Shown here one piece after another: positions 38,131 to 47,503 of a DNA stretch of 64,000 nt; the stretch's first letter is position 1; each line of letters starts with the position of its first letter. Both the position numbers and the translations under genes were made by a program. The stretch is from a virus. The stretch lies in the IMG/VR virus record IMGVR_UViG_3300025154_000082, positions 4,296 to 68,295 of that record. The stretch is one strand, 5' to 3'. Below the pieces are notes generated by a model, which saw only the letters and a program-made list of their open reading frames with translations, did no database searches and was not told the origin of the DNA.

Positions 38131-39111
38131 TTACAGCATTTCAGCGAATTCTAGCACCTGATTCAATTTTTCAATATCATTATTAACTAAATCTTTGATG
38201 TTGATTTCTAAATCTCTGATTTTCTTTCCAATCTTCTTTTGATTTTCCTCAGAACTAGTTTTTAGTAATGCTTTAATTTGATTAGCAATATCTTCTGCTT
38301 GTTCATCTTCTGCTTCCATAAATTCAGTGTCTTTACTTACCCCTACTGATAAGTCTAATGCTTTTTTAACTCCAAATTTCTTTGTGCTTTCCCATTTTGC
38401 TCTCCAAATTTCAAAAGAAGGATTTTCAATGATCTCTCCTTTTTTGGTTACTCCAGTTCTATCTTTATAAATTTTACCAAAGTAAGTTACATTGCCATCT
38501 TTGTCTTCTTTAGTAAACATTTGAAGTACAATATCAAAATCATGTTCTGCCTTCTTAGCTAAATCTGGTGCTTCTCCAATTTTCTTTTTATTAAGAGAAG
38601 ATGGATCATCGAAAATATCTTTTTGATGAGCAATTTCAACTACCCACTTACCCATCGAAGAAAATATGATATAAGCAGTTTTTAGAGCTTGATTCCATCT
38701 TTTAATATGACCCCAATCACGAGTCGCGAGGCCCAAATCTGACATATCCACTTCTTTGCCTTTTCTCATTTGTTTTCTTGATCTTTTTTCAACAACTTCG
38801 TATGCTGCTGCTTGCATGTTCTCATATAATTTTGTTCCACTATCAATTGCAATAGTATCAAAATCTTTTAATGCTTCCTCATCATTTAATTCATCTAGTG
38901 TTTCTTGAACTTCAGAGGCAGATGTGGTACGCATGACTCCAATGATATTAGGATTGCTTTCAAGATAATATGTATTACCATCTTCACTATCTACTAAATT
39001 AATATTAGGAAATGTACCTGCAAACGTTGATTTTCCTGATCCGGTCGCCCCAAATGCTAATACTTTACCACCAACATATGCTAAAATTTCTTCTTTTTTC
39101 TGAAAACCCAT
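38131..39111 (-). CDS. RecA-like P-loop ATPase (Sak4-type recombination/replication ATPase)
   Basis: N-terminal Walker A AFGATGSGKST; Walker B-like FDTIAIDSG. Confidence 0.45.
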   Translation of the reverse strand: MGFQKKEEILAYVGGKVLAFGATGSGKSTFAGTFPNINLVDSEDGNTYYLESNPNIIGVMRTTSASEVQETLDELNDEEALKDFDTIAIDSGTKLYENMQAAAYEVVEKRSRKQMRKGKEVDMSDLGLATRDWGHIKRWNQALKTAYIIFSSMGKWVVEIAHQKDIFDDPSSLNKKKIGEAPDLAKKAEHDFDIVLQMFTKEDKDGNVTYFGKIYKDRTGVTKKGEIIENPSFEIWRAKWESTKKFGVKKALDLSVGVSKDTEFMEAEDEQAEDIANQIKALLKTSSEENQKKIGKKIRDLEINIKDLVNNDIEKLNQVLEFAEML

Positions 39112-39164
39112 TTATTTAATCCCCTTTATTATTTATTTTATTATTTAAATGATTATTGTGTTTA

Positions 39165-39189
39165 TCAGGAGGAATTTAACCTCCTGATT
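39165..39189. promoter_or_regulatory. perfect 9-bp inverted repeat between SSB-like gene and ATPase gene
   Basis: atcaggagg-aatttaa-cctcctgat; no U-run on minus strand so not a simple terminator. Confidence 0.3.
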
Positions 39190-39222
39190 TATCCTGTGAA
39201 AATATTAATATATAACTATTAA

Positions 39223-40488
39223 TTATACATCTAACAATTTCATCCATGCTTCATCATCAACTGCTTCTTCTTCGTCCTCCTCAGTATCGTCATCTTCTTT
39301 TTTATCTAGTGTTTTTTCAAATTTCGCAACACTTTCTTCTAAATCTTCTGTTTCTTCCTCCTTCTCTTCTTCAACTTCAATAAATTGAGAAAGGAAAACT
39401 AAATCGCTTTCTTTATATTTATCTTTATTGATTGCCAAAATTGGAACTTTTGTTTCTCCTTCGCCTTCAAATGTAATTAAAGGTCTTTTTATAAGCATTC
39501 TTTTTTCTTTATTTCCACCAATTGCACATTTACTAAGAGCTTCTTCCTCTGTGATAACATTAAGTTCAATAAGTTCTCTAATATCTTCAGGAAGATCATC
39601 TAGTGTAATACTTACTACACTTGCCCCTTCAAGCATTTCTCCTTCTACAGTGACTTCTACGAGTGTTCCTTTTTTAGCAGGAGCAAAACATTTAGTAATG
39701 AGTTTTTTAGTATTTTCTGGTTTCACCTTATCAACTTCTAACTCAAATGTCTTTGTAAATGCTACTGTTTTCTTGATTTCTTTACCATCATATTTACCAA
39801 CATAATCAACTACATATCCTGTAATTGGGAATGACGCTTTTTCCTTATCTACTTTACCTACTGCATTTGCGTCACAAAGTATTGTTTGTGTAAATACTGC
39901 TTTGTATTCTTCTGGTTTAGCTTTTGATAAGAATACAGAATTAACTTCTTTTTTAATGGATACACTATCATTATAAGCTTGATATTTTAATTTACCTTTT
40001 ACATTAATAAGCATTCCATTTTCAAGATGTTGTTGTATGTATTGAATTGCGTCATATGCAGATAAAAATTTATTTTTGAACGTCTTATCTTTTGTATCTT
40101 TTTCTAAACCAACTTTGATGAAACAAGAGTCTGCTACAGATTCAAGAATTGTTTCATCAAATCTATCGTCCCAATCAATAGTGAATTTATTATCAAAATC
40201 TTCTTGTTTTTTACCATCTACTTCTTTTATACCATGAACATATACGACATTATCTCTTTCTGATCCGTAACCACCCATCATATCTGAATAGATGACATTA
40301 CCATTTCCACAATCTACACCAAGATTCATTTGATTCCAAACCCAATCTGATTTTGTAGTATCTTTATCCATTGTAAAAGTATAATCATTTACTTTTGCTT
40401 CTCCGATAAGTAAGAATTGTGCTTTACCTTTTTTCAAACCTAATTGTTCTTCTTTAACTTTTGCCATATTATGTATTCCTTCTTTCAA
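39223..40488 (-). CDS. single-stranded DNA-binding protein candidate with acidic C-terminal tail
   Basis: 421 aa; last ~45 residues almost all E/D ending DDEAWMKLLDV; position between recombination ATPase and replication genes. Confidence 0.35.
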   Translation of the reverse strand: MKEGIHNMAKVKEEQLGLKKGKAQFLLIGEAKVNDYTFTMDKDTTKSDWVWNQMNLGVDCGNGNVIYSDMMGGYGSERDNVVYVHGIKEVDGKKQEDFDNKFTIDWDDRFDETILESVADSCFIKVGLEKDTKDKTFKNKFLSAYDAIQYIQQHLENGMLINVKGKLKYQAYNDSVSIKKEVNSVFLSKAKPEEYKAVFTQTILCDANAVGKVDKEKASFPITGYVVDYVGKYDGKEIKKTVAFTKTFELEVDKVKPENTKKLITKCFAPAKKGTLVEVTVEGEMLEGASVVSITLDDLPEDIRELIELNVITEEEALSKCAIGGNKEKRMLIKRPLITFEGEGETKVPILAINKDKYKESDLVFLSQFIEVEEEKEEETEDLEESVAKFEKTLDKKEDDDTEEDEEEAVDDEAWMKLLDV

Positions 40489-40706
40489 TAATTTTATTTT
40501 ACTATTTAATGCACATGATCTTATAAAAATATATTGAAAGAAGGAGGTGAATTACTTCTACAGATAGGAACTTGACCCCATGCTTTTGTTTTAATAAACA
40601 TCTTTCCTTTCTATTATTATTTTATCTTACAACCTTAACATTAAAATTGAATTCTAAACATTTTCTACTGGCTAAATAATCACACCAATGTACAAAATGT
40701 TGTATT

Positions 40707-41315
40707 TTACTTTTTGGGGTAGTTAACAGGAGCAAATTCACCAAAATATTTTAATTCTGCTTCTTTACGGACTTTAACTGCTTCATCGAAATCATTAAAA
40801 CTTCCTAAATATATTTGCTTTTTATCTACTGTAATTCTTACTCTCCAACTATTATTAAGAGATTGCCAACCAACTCCTGTCGCACCAGATGTATTATTAC
40901 TTTTGATTGATATGTTCATTGCATTTTGAGTATTTGAAGCTATTCTTAAATTATTTCTTCGATTATCATACTTATGTCTATTTTTATGATCAATTTTTCC
41001 ATTGTAGCCAATCAAAAATTTATGTAATTTAATTCCCTTTCCATTTATTCTAGCAACCACATATCCATCTTTATCGAAATACCACGAATGTAATTCAACT
41101 GCATCCGAATCAGATATGTCATAATAAAACTCACGATTTGTATCAGTGTAACCAACTTTATGATCTTCTTTTAATTCGAATATATTCGGAGGAACATCAT
41201 GTCTTATTCTTTCTTTATATAAACATCCACAACTTTGAATTCTATTAGATTTTAAATGAGTACCCCTAACTACTTTGACATTTTTATTAATGCATTGACA
41301 CTCACACAGCCACAT
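40707..41315 (-). CDS. HNH-AP2 homing endonuclease
   Basis: IDHKNRHKYDNRRNNLRIASNTQN + AP2-like SGATGVGWQSLNNSWRVRITVDKKQIYLGSFNDFDEAVKVR. Confidence 0.7.
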   Translation of the reverse strand: MWLCECQCINKNVKVVRGTHLKSNRIQSCGCLYKERIRHDVPPNIFELKEDHKVGYTDTNREFYYDISDSDAVELHSWYFDKDGYVVARINGKGIKLHKFLIGYNGKIDHKNRHKYDNRRNNLRIASNTQNAMNISIKSNNTSGATGVGWQSLNNSWRVRITVDKKQIYLGSFNDFDEAVKVRKEAELKYFGEFAPVNYPKK

Positions 41316-41397
41316 TGTATGACCACTTTTATTTTCTGCTCTTTCAATAACTAATAATTTACCAAATGTTTTTCCAGTTAAATCATTTAATATAATA

Positions 41398-41982
41398 CTA
41401 TCTCCTTTCTACTTTAACATCGAAATCAAAGTCTTTGATATATCTCCGAGAACCCAAAATATCACATATATGAACAAAATTTTGTAATTTACCATGTGGT
41501 TTTGGTAATATTTCTTTTTTAGTTTTATAATCTTTATTAAACTCTCCCATGTGTGTTTCGATACATCCTAAAATCTTATCCAATATTTCTTTATCCAAAA
41601 TATTACATAGTTCATTATTATTTTTAATGAACACTGACATAATTATTGGATGGTCTGTTACGCTATATTTTAAATTATTTAACCCATGTTTTATTCCATC
41701 GTGTAAAATTAGAGATGATATAATGATATCTTTTTCATCATCTGTATATTTATTCATCATTTCAAGATTAAGTAATTCTACTGCGAATATTACATTCATT
41801 TTAGTATGTCTGACTAAACCTCCTTCTCCTAAACACACCAAACTATGATATTTGCCAGATGAACTAGCAGGTATTGAGAAGAAATACTCTGGTAAGTTAT
41901 TTAATGCCTTTTCTGTAAATTCTTTGATCTTAGGATTTTTTATGTATGATAGTTCTATTTCGAAAATATTTAATCTATCCAC
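41398..41982 (-). CDS. HD-domain phosphohydrolase
   Basis: SGKYHSL ... LILHDGIKHG ... HICD pattern (H..HD..H..D). Confidence 0.5.
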   Translation of the reverse strand: MDRLNIFEIELSYIKNPKIKEFTEKALNNLPEYFFSIPASSSGKYHSLVCLGEGGLVRHTKMNVIFAVELLNLEMMNKYTDDEKDIIISSLILHDGIKHGLNNLKYSVTDHPIIMSVFIKNNNELCNILDKEILDKILGCIETHMGEFNKDYKTKKEILPKPHGKLQNFVHICDILGSRRYIKDFDFDVKVERR

Positions 41983-42250
41983 TCGCTACTCCTTTCAATA
42001 ACTCCACTTAATAATTATACCATATTACCATCCAACATGTCAATATTTTATTTTTTACTTCTAGCAAAACCAAATCATTTAAAATTCCACTTTCAAATGA
42101 TAGGATATATAACATAATTATTTATGCCTATTTAACGACCACAAACCCTTATGTAGCAACGATTACAGGGCTATTTTAGTGATTTTATTGAAAATTTGAG
42201 TTTATGGTCATTTTAGTCATAATCCTATAAAATGAAAATTTCTTGAGGAT

Positions 42251-42856
42251 CTAATAATTGCTGATATTTTTGATTTTTGAAGATAATTCTCTCATTAAAT
42301 TATTAATATCCATTTTTGAATCAATGGTAATATTAATTGTAATATTTTGAACAGTGTTTTCTGGCACTACTTTTTCGACTGGTTTAACCATTCGTTCTTG
42401 AGTATACACGATTTGACCAATATCTTTTGCTTTTAAAATCATGGTATTAAATTGATCTTTATCTGTTGATGGTAATTTTAATTCTGTATGTAATATTTCA
42501 AAATCCCTACCTGTCAATTCTACTCCATAGGAATGACGAAAATCTCCATTCTCAATTGTCAGGGAATAACTACCATCAACCACTTGAACTAGATCACCTT
42601 TATTATAATTGCTCATTTTAACACTCTCGCTTTCCTCTATGTATGGTTCAAAATCTTCTGGCAAAAAATAATCACCACCATTTGACCCTTCTATGGAATC
42701 CAAAACAATATAAGCAGGATAAATACTTGATACAAATAAATATGGTTGATTTATCATTATAGCATGGTTCCAATTAACACTACTTTCTAAATTTCCACAA
42801 TAGCTTTTTGAATGAGGTATAACCTTTATTCCCACACTAATGAATTCTCTTTCCAC
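42251..42856 (-). CDS. hypothetical protein
   Basis: 201-aa ORF. Confidence 0.35.
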   Translation of the reverse strand: MEREFISVGIKVIPHSKSYCGNLESSVNWNHAIMINQPYLFVSSIYPAYIVLDSIEGSNGGDYFLPEDFEPYIEESESVKMSNYNKGDLVQVVDGSYSLTIENGDFRHSYGVELTGRDFEILHTELKLPSTDKDQFNTMILKAKDIGQIVYTQERMVKPVEKVVPENTVQNITINITIDSKMDINNLMRELSSKIKNISNY

Positions 42857-42865
42857 TTTTAATAT

Positions 42866-43066
42866 CTAACTCCTCTCTACTACTTGAAACAAAACACCAT
42901 TATCTGCCTTATGCAACCAATACAATTCATCACTATCCAAATTAACTTGAATACGATAATGTAATGCAGTTTCTTCCATAATAACTCTATAAGTATCTTT
43001 TTTAAAAGAATTAAAATCTTTAAGGAATCTTACTTTTCTTATGATTCTCACCTCCTTTAATACCAT
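42866..43066 (-). CDS. hypothetical protein
   Basis: 66-aa ORF. Confidence 0.3.
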   Translation of the reverse strand: MVLKEVRIIRKVRFLKDFNSFKKDTYRVIMEETALHYRIQVNLDSDELYWLHKADNGVLFQVVERS

Positions 43067-43076
43067 AACTACTTAT

Positions 43077-43421
43077 TTAAATTATCTTATGCGTTTCACA
43101 CTCTTTAATAATCTCATTTAACCTATCAATTCTCATTTGAATTAATCCATTATAGACTTCAACACATTCCTCATATGTATTTGCATAGTGTCTAGAATAC
43201 ACATCCACAACTTTGCTTTTAATCATTTCACCTTTTTTATTAATTGGAGCGAATACCCAACTACTATACTTTGGTTTATCAATTTCTGCCTTATACTTAT
43301 CTAAAACCATTCCTTGTATCGGCAATTGTTTTAAATGTGAATAATCATAATTATTATCCTCATTATATGCACAACCCCAAACTATAGTTTTATGTTTTAA
43401 AGTTTTTATATTTAATTCCAC
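43077..43421 (-). CDS. hypothetical protein
   Basis: 114-aa ORF. Confidence 0.35.
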   Translation of the reverse strand: MELNIKTLKHKTIVWGCAYNEDNNYDYSHLKQLPIQGMVLDKYKAEIDKPKYSSWVFAPINKKGEMIKSKVVDVYSRHYANTYEECVEVYNGLIQMRIDRLNEIIKECETHKII

Positions 43422-43433
43422 AGTTTACCTCCT

Positions 43434-43736
43434 TTACAGCATTAATTCAAATTCAATATCTTCAAAATTATTACTATACGTGAAACCAATAATCTTAATT
43501 CCTTTTGCGTGATTATGATTCAAATTCTCATCATAAGCGTCAAGGTAATATTTAAACTTCTTATCAAAATTTAAAAGTGGATTAATAATTACCTCTGGTC
43601 TATCAAAACCTTCCATCTCAATAAGAACTGCCACATAATTCATACTTTTTGCTTTTGCCATTTCAAAACAATTGATTAAATTCTCTCTTGTTAAACTCAT
43701 TTGTTTGTTCCTCCAATTATTTTTATATCCTAGCAA
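43434..43736 (-). CDS. hypothetical protein
   Basis: 100-aa ORF. Confidence 0.35.
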   Translation of the reverse strand: MLGYKNNWRNKQMSLTRENLINCFEMAKAKSMNYVAVLIEMEGFDRPEVIINPLLNFDKKFKYYLDAYDENLNHNHAKGIKIIGFTYSNNFEDIEFELML

Positions 43737-43754
43737 ACTAAACTTTCAATTGAT

Positions 43755-44051
43755 TTATAATTTAAAGAATTTACTTTCAAAGTCTTTAACTTGATCTTTT
43801 AACTTATTTATAATTAAATCTAACAAGTCAGCATTACCTATGTATCTACTTAAATCAGCACTTATTCCAGAACCATCACTTTCTTCGCAAATAGTTAAAA
43901 AATATTGACCATCCCGTAAATTTTCTAAAGTTATTTTTCTCTTGTTTTTTAACCCTTCTAAATTTTTAATTCCTTTATTTGTAATTTCAATTAGTTTTTG
44001 TAATTCTTGTCCCTCTTTTAATTGATCTATAAACATAATTAACTCCTCCAA
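43755..44051 (-). CDS. hypothetical protein
   Basis: 98-aa ORF. Confidence 0.35.
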   Translation of the reverse strand: MEELIMFIDQLKEGQELQKLIEITNKGIKNLEGLKNKRKITLENLRDGQYFLTICEESDGSGISADLSRYIGNADLLDLIINKLKDQVKDFESKFFKL

Positions 44052-44056
44052 TTATT

Positions 44057-44332
44057 TTATTTTCTACTTCTACTTATATGCTTCTTCTGATTTGAATCTT
44101 GAATCAATTCGATTCCTTTCATATCATAATGAAATTTCCTTGGTGCTATTCTAACCTTTTTAATTCCGACACAATCAATGATTTCTTTTCTCTTTTTGCC
44201 AATATCTAAGTCCCACATGCCACCTACCTCAGTAGCTAACATTTTGTAACCCCATCCAAAGAGTATGTATTTAGATATTTCTTTTAATAGAAAGTGTGTT
44301 TCAGTCTCGTTCTTTGGTCTATTGAAATTCAA
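44057..44332 (-). CDS. small PD-(D/E)xK-like (VRR-NUC-like?) protein
   Basis: 91 aa; GGMWDLDIGKKRKEIIDCVGIKK loosely fits PD...ExK; tentative. Confidence 0.25.
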   Translation of the reverse strand: MNFNRPKNETETHFLLKEISKYILFGWGYKMLATEVGGMWDLDIGKKRKEIIDCVGIKKVRIAPRKFHYDMKGIELIQDSNQKKHISRSRK

Positions 44333-44348
44333 TTAAAATTAATCACCT

Positions 44349-44582
44349 CTATTCTTCTACAATTTCAATATCGTCCTCATACATCCATAACCACTCACCC
44401 TTGCTATTTTGAACAAATACATCAAGATCATTCCATAATGTCTGTGATTCTTCTTCGCCAGTTAAAACATTCGCCCAGTTTACCTTTTCTTCTGATGACA
44501 TATCTTTGAAGTATTTTGCTTCAATTATAGTTCCTACAGAAATATCTGTGATAAAATCATTATTAAGTATTCTGATTTTCAT
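44349..44582 (-). CDS. hypothetical acidic protein
   Basis: 77-aa ORF. Confidence 0.3.
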   Translation of the reverse strand: MKIRILNNDFITDISVGTIIEAKYFKDMSSEEKVNWANVLTGEEESQTLWNDLDVFVQNSKGEWLWMYEDDIEIVEE

Positions 44583-44673
44583 TTTCTCACCTCGTTTCTA
44601 CGTAATATGTAACTTCTCTACTTAATAAGTATAACATTTTCACTAACCGATGTCAAGCAATTTTATTTTATAT

Positions 44674-45258
44674 TTATAAAATCTCTTCAAAAGTAATTTT
44701 CCTTACATATTCTTTAATAATTTTAACACTGATTTCAACTTTATGAATTACAAAATCTTCAGGTGAATCCATATGTCTAAATTCATCAATCGCCTCTTCT
44801 TTAGTATTATATACCTCAGCTTCCTTAAAATCATTTACCTCATATTGACTATTGTCTATGTATTTTTTACTAGACTTATTGAACACGGCATATCCCTCTT
44901 GTGTGTTAATCATATTCAAATTCTCCTTTGCATTTTCTTTACTTGTTATTTCACTCAAATTGTTTTCTCCAATAATCTCAACTGTTGCATTTTCCATCTC
45001 TACAGCTACTATATTTTCTTTAACAAGCGATTCCGCTATTTTTTCTCTAAATATACTCTTTTCTAACTCAAGACAATCATTGTATTCACAAGCATATTGA
45101 TTGTCTTGAATTTTATACCAAATTTCTATATACCATTTATTATCAAATCCATCTTGTTGATAATTTCTGAAAGTAAATTTTAATTTATTTCCTTCTTCTA
45201 TTAATTTAAAATAGTCCATTATTATTCTCCTTTGTTTAAAATCACTATTTAATTCCAT
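44674..45258 (-). CDS. hypothetical protein
   Basis: 194-aa ORF. Confidence 0.35.
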   Translation of the reverse strand: MELNSDFKQRRIIMDYFKLIEEGNKLKFTFRNYQQDGFDNKWYIEIWYKIQDNQYACEYNDCLELEKSIFREKIAESLVKENIVAVEMENATVEIIGENNLSEITSKENAKENLNMINTQEGYAVFNKSSKKYIDNSQYEVNDFKEAEVYNTKEEAIDEFRHMDSPEDFVIHKVEISVKIIKEYVRKITFEEIL

Positions 45259-45436
45259 ACGCCAATAATATATCTTCTAAATCCTGAATTTTATTAAACA
45301 TAGCAAGAACTAAATTATCTCCTGTTAAGTTCCTCCATTTTTCACCATATCGTAAAGCATAGAAATTAAATTTACCATCTGTTTGGTCTAAAACAACTTC
45401 ATATTTGCCACTGTCTAATTTTATTAATTCTTTCAT
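45245..45436 (-). CDS. hypothetical protein
   Basis: 63-aa ORF. Confidence 0.3.
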   Translation of the reverse strand: MKELIKLDSGKYEVVLDQTDGKFNFYALRYGEKWRNLTGDNLVLAMFNKIQDLEDILLAYGIK

Positions 45437-45438
45437 AG

Positions 45439-45732
45439 TTATTCGCCTTCTTTCTTAATCAATATATCTAAGAAACCTTTCATTTCTATATCTTCTTTTG
45501 ACTGTTTAACAATTGCATCAATATAATCCTTATCATCATTGCAAATATATTGATATATGTGATTCTTAAACATTGCCAACATTTGCGCTTGACCTAGTTT
45601 AAAAATACGATATAGTTTTTTATAAGGATATACATCGTTCATTAATCTGTTCATTTCAATATTAAATGGATCTATGTTATGTTTATAGTCCTTATATTTT
45701 TCAAGTTTTTCTATGGTTTTATTTATGTCCAT
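45439..45732 (-). CDS. hypothetical protein
   Basis: 97-aa ORF. Confidence 0.3.
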   Translation of the reverse strand: MDINKTIEKLEKYKDYKHNIDPFNIEMNRLMNDVYPYKKLYRIFKLGQAQMLAMFKNHIYQYICNDDKDYIDAIVKQSKEDIEMKGFLDILIKKEGE

Positions 45733-45795
45733 TATTTACACTCTCCTTTTTGTTTATTTACAAGGGGAGAATAAACTCCCCTATATATCCCATTA

Positions 45796-46104
45796 TTATT
45801 TCTTAGATTTAACACCAGAAGATAATTTATTTAACCTATCTTCTAATTTTTTCGCATCATTCAATACTAAACTCATAGATTGCTCTGAAGTAAATCCTAC
45901 ATTGACATAAGCATCAAATTGATTCTTTTTAGCAATTGCAGTAGTGCTAAAATATTCAGTATTATTCGCATAATCTTTATAGATATTAAATAATTCTTCT
46001 GCAACTCCATATAATAGTGGTTTGTATTGATCGACTAATTCACTCACCATTGGTTTAGCTAATTTAGGATTTGACATTACCATCTCGATTAATTTATTAA
46101 ACAT
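45796..46104 (-). CDS. hypothetical protein
   Basis: 102-aa ORF. Confidence 0.3.
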   Translation of the reverse strand: MFNKLIEMVMSNPKLAKPMVSELVDQYKPLLYGVAEELFNIYKDYANNTEYFSTTAIAKKNQFDAYVNVGFTSEQSMSLVLNDAKKLEDRLNKLSSGVKSKK

Positions 46105-46136
46105 TATTAATTACCTCTTTCTTTTTTAAATTATTT

Positions 46137-47048
46137 TTATTTTCCTGCATCTGCCATTGGCAAACTAATAATTTGATTTCCACCAACAACTTGTGGATAT
46201 ACCCCATTCCATTTCAATACAGATTGATATTTAACAAGTGTATCGGTTAAAGATGCTTGTAATAGATTATTAGCTTCTGCTTCACCTTTTGCCTTAATAA
46301 CTGCTGCATCCGCGATCCCTTGAGCATCTACTCTTGCTTTATTTGCTGTAACTGTAGATTGGGATAATTCAATTTCCATTTGTTGAAGTTTTTGCTGTGC
46401 ATCTACTTTTGCTTGAATTGCTTTCATAGTATCAGCATCAGGACGAATTTCTCCAAAACTAAATGTTTCAACTTCTAATCCAAATGGAGTTAATTCTTTG
46501 ATTAATATGTCATGAATTTTATTTTGAATTTCTGAGCGTTTATTGCCATATAAATCAAGAACACTATAACTAGATGTAACAGATTGTGATGCTGTTTTTA
46601 CTTGTTGTTTAAGATAGCCTGATTGGATGGATTCGATATCAGCACCTTTAAAACGATTAAAAATAGCAGGTAATTTTTCTACATTTACGTGATATGTAAA
46701 GTAAGCATCAACATTAACTGGTTTACCTTCCATTGTAGAAGTATTATATGAATCATCATTAGGTGAACCCTCAGTTGCACCTTTAGTCAACCATACTGTT
46801 TCTGTAGAAATTGGATATTCTCTAATGCTTTTCCAAGGAGCTACAATATGCCATCATTGGCTTAATGTAATATCTTCTAGGCCACCAGATACATTATAAA
46901 CAATTCCTGCATGTCCAGGATTAATTTTTGTAGTAGATGCCCCAAAACCTGCAAGCAAAACAACTGCCGATACTCCAACCGTAATTAAACCTTTGGTGAA
47001 TTTATTCATTTTAAAATTACTCATATCAATATTAATATTATTTCTCAT
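46137..47048 (-). pseudogene. SPFH/band-7 (HflK/C, prohibitin-like) membrane protein gene interrupted by single in-frame TGA
   Basis: N-terminal TM ORF 46854..47048 and SPFH-domain ORF 46137..46790 are in the same frame separated by one TGA (...DITLSQ-stop-WHIVAPWKSIREYPISTETVWLTKGATEG...); coiled-coil AQQKLQQMEIELSQ typical of SPFH C-termini. Confidence 0.45.
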
Positions 47049-47181
47049 TATTTTTAATCTCCTCTTTAATTTTATTTTCTACTTCTTCAATTTTCTGACC
47101 TATTTTTGAGTATAATGGTATTGCTAAGAATAGTAAAACTATGACTAATACAATAATAGAAATTACAAGCATGTATATCAT
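47040..47181 (-). CDS. small membrane protein upstream of SPFH gene (47 aa)
   Basis: RBS aaaggtggtg before ATG 47181; MIYMLVISIIVLVIVLLFLAIPLYSK + charged tail; overlaps SPFH start. Confidence 0.3.
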
Positions 47182-47299
47182 CACCACCTTTATTAATATA
47201 TTATTTTATAATGAATTTATTGAGTAAATTGACTTAATTTTTCTCTTAATTCTAAATGTACATTAATTTTTGATTCTGCATCTTCTTTTATTTGTCTTG

Positions 47300-47503
47300 T
47301 ATTTAACAATTCTTGTTCCAATGAATCAATTTTACTTGGCTTTGATCTTTAGATTCTTTCAATATTTCATTCGCCTTTTGAACCTCACACGAATAAATTC
47401 GCGTGATTCTAACCTCACGATTAGAGGTTCCTGCTTCATTGACTTCGTAACCTCCATCTCCACAGGCTTAAAATCCGATAGTCCCTACCGTACTGATATT
47501 AAA
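47300..47503 (-). ncRNA. candidate omegaRNA / right-end scaffold of TnpB element
   Basis: gaacNtcacacgaatNaattNNNgtgattct ... ttcattgac conserved between 47380-47503 and 15230-15345 despite being noncoding; located at 3' end of tnpB as in IS605 omegaRNAs. Confidence 0.35.

Noticed and set aside
1105-45100. Numerous short plus-strand ORFs in the track (e.g. 1105..1290, 2336..2551, 22220..22471, 28559..28891, 39428..39805, 44773..45100)
   Set aside because: Each is nested antisense inside a longer, motif-supported minus-strand gene. They lack RBS and give low-complexity or hydrophobic translations typical of AT-rich antisense frames.
46790-46853. Possibility that TGA encodes Trp (genetic code 4)
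   Set aside because: All other long ORFs end at TGA/TAA/TAG under code 11 and use TGG for Trp, including the codon immediately after this TGA. A single event cannot indicate global recoding.
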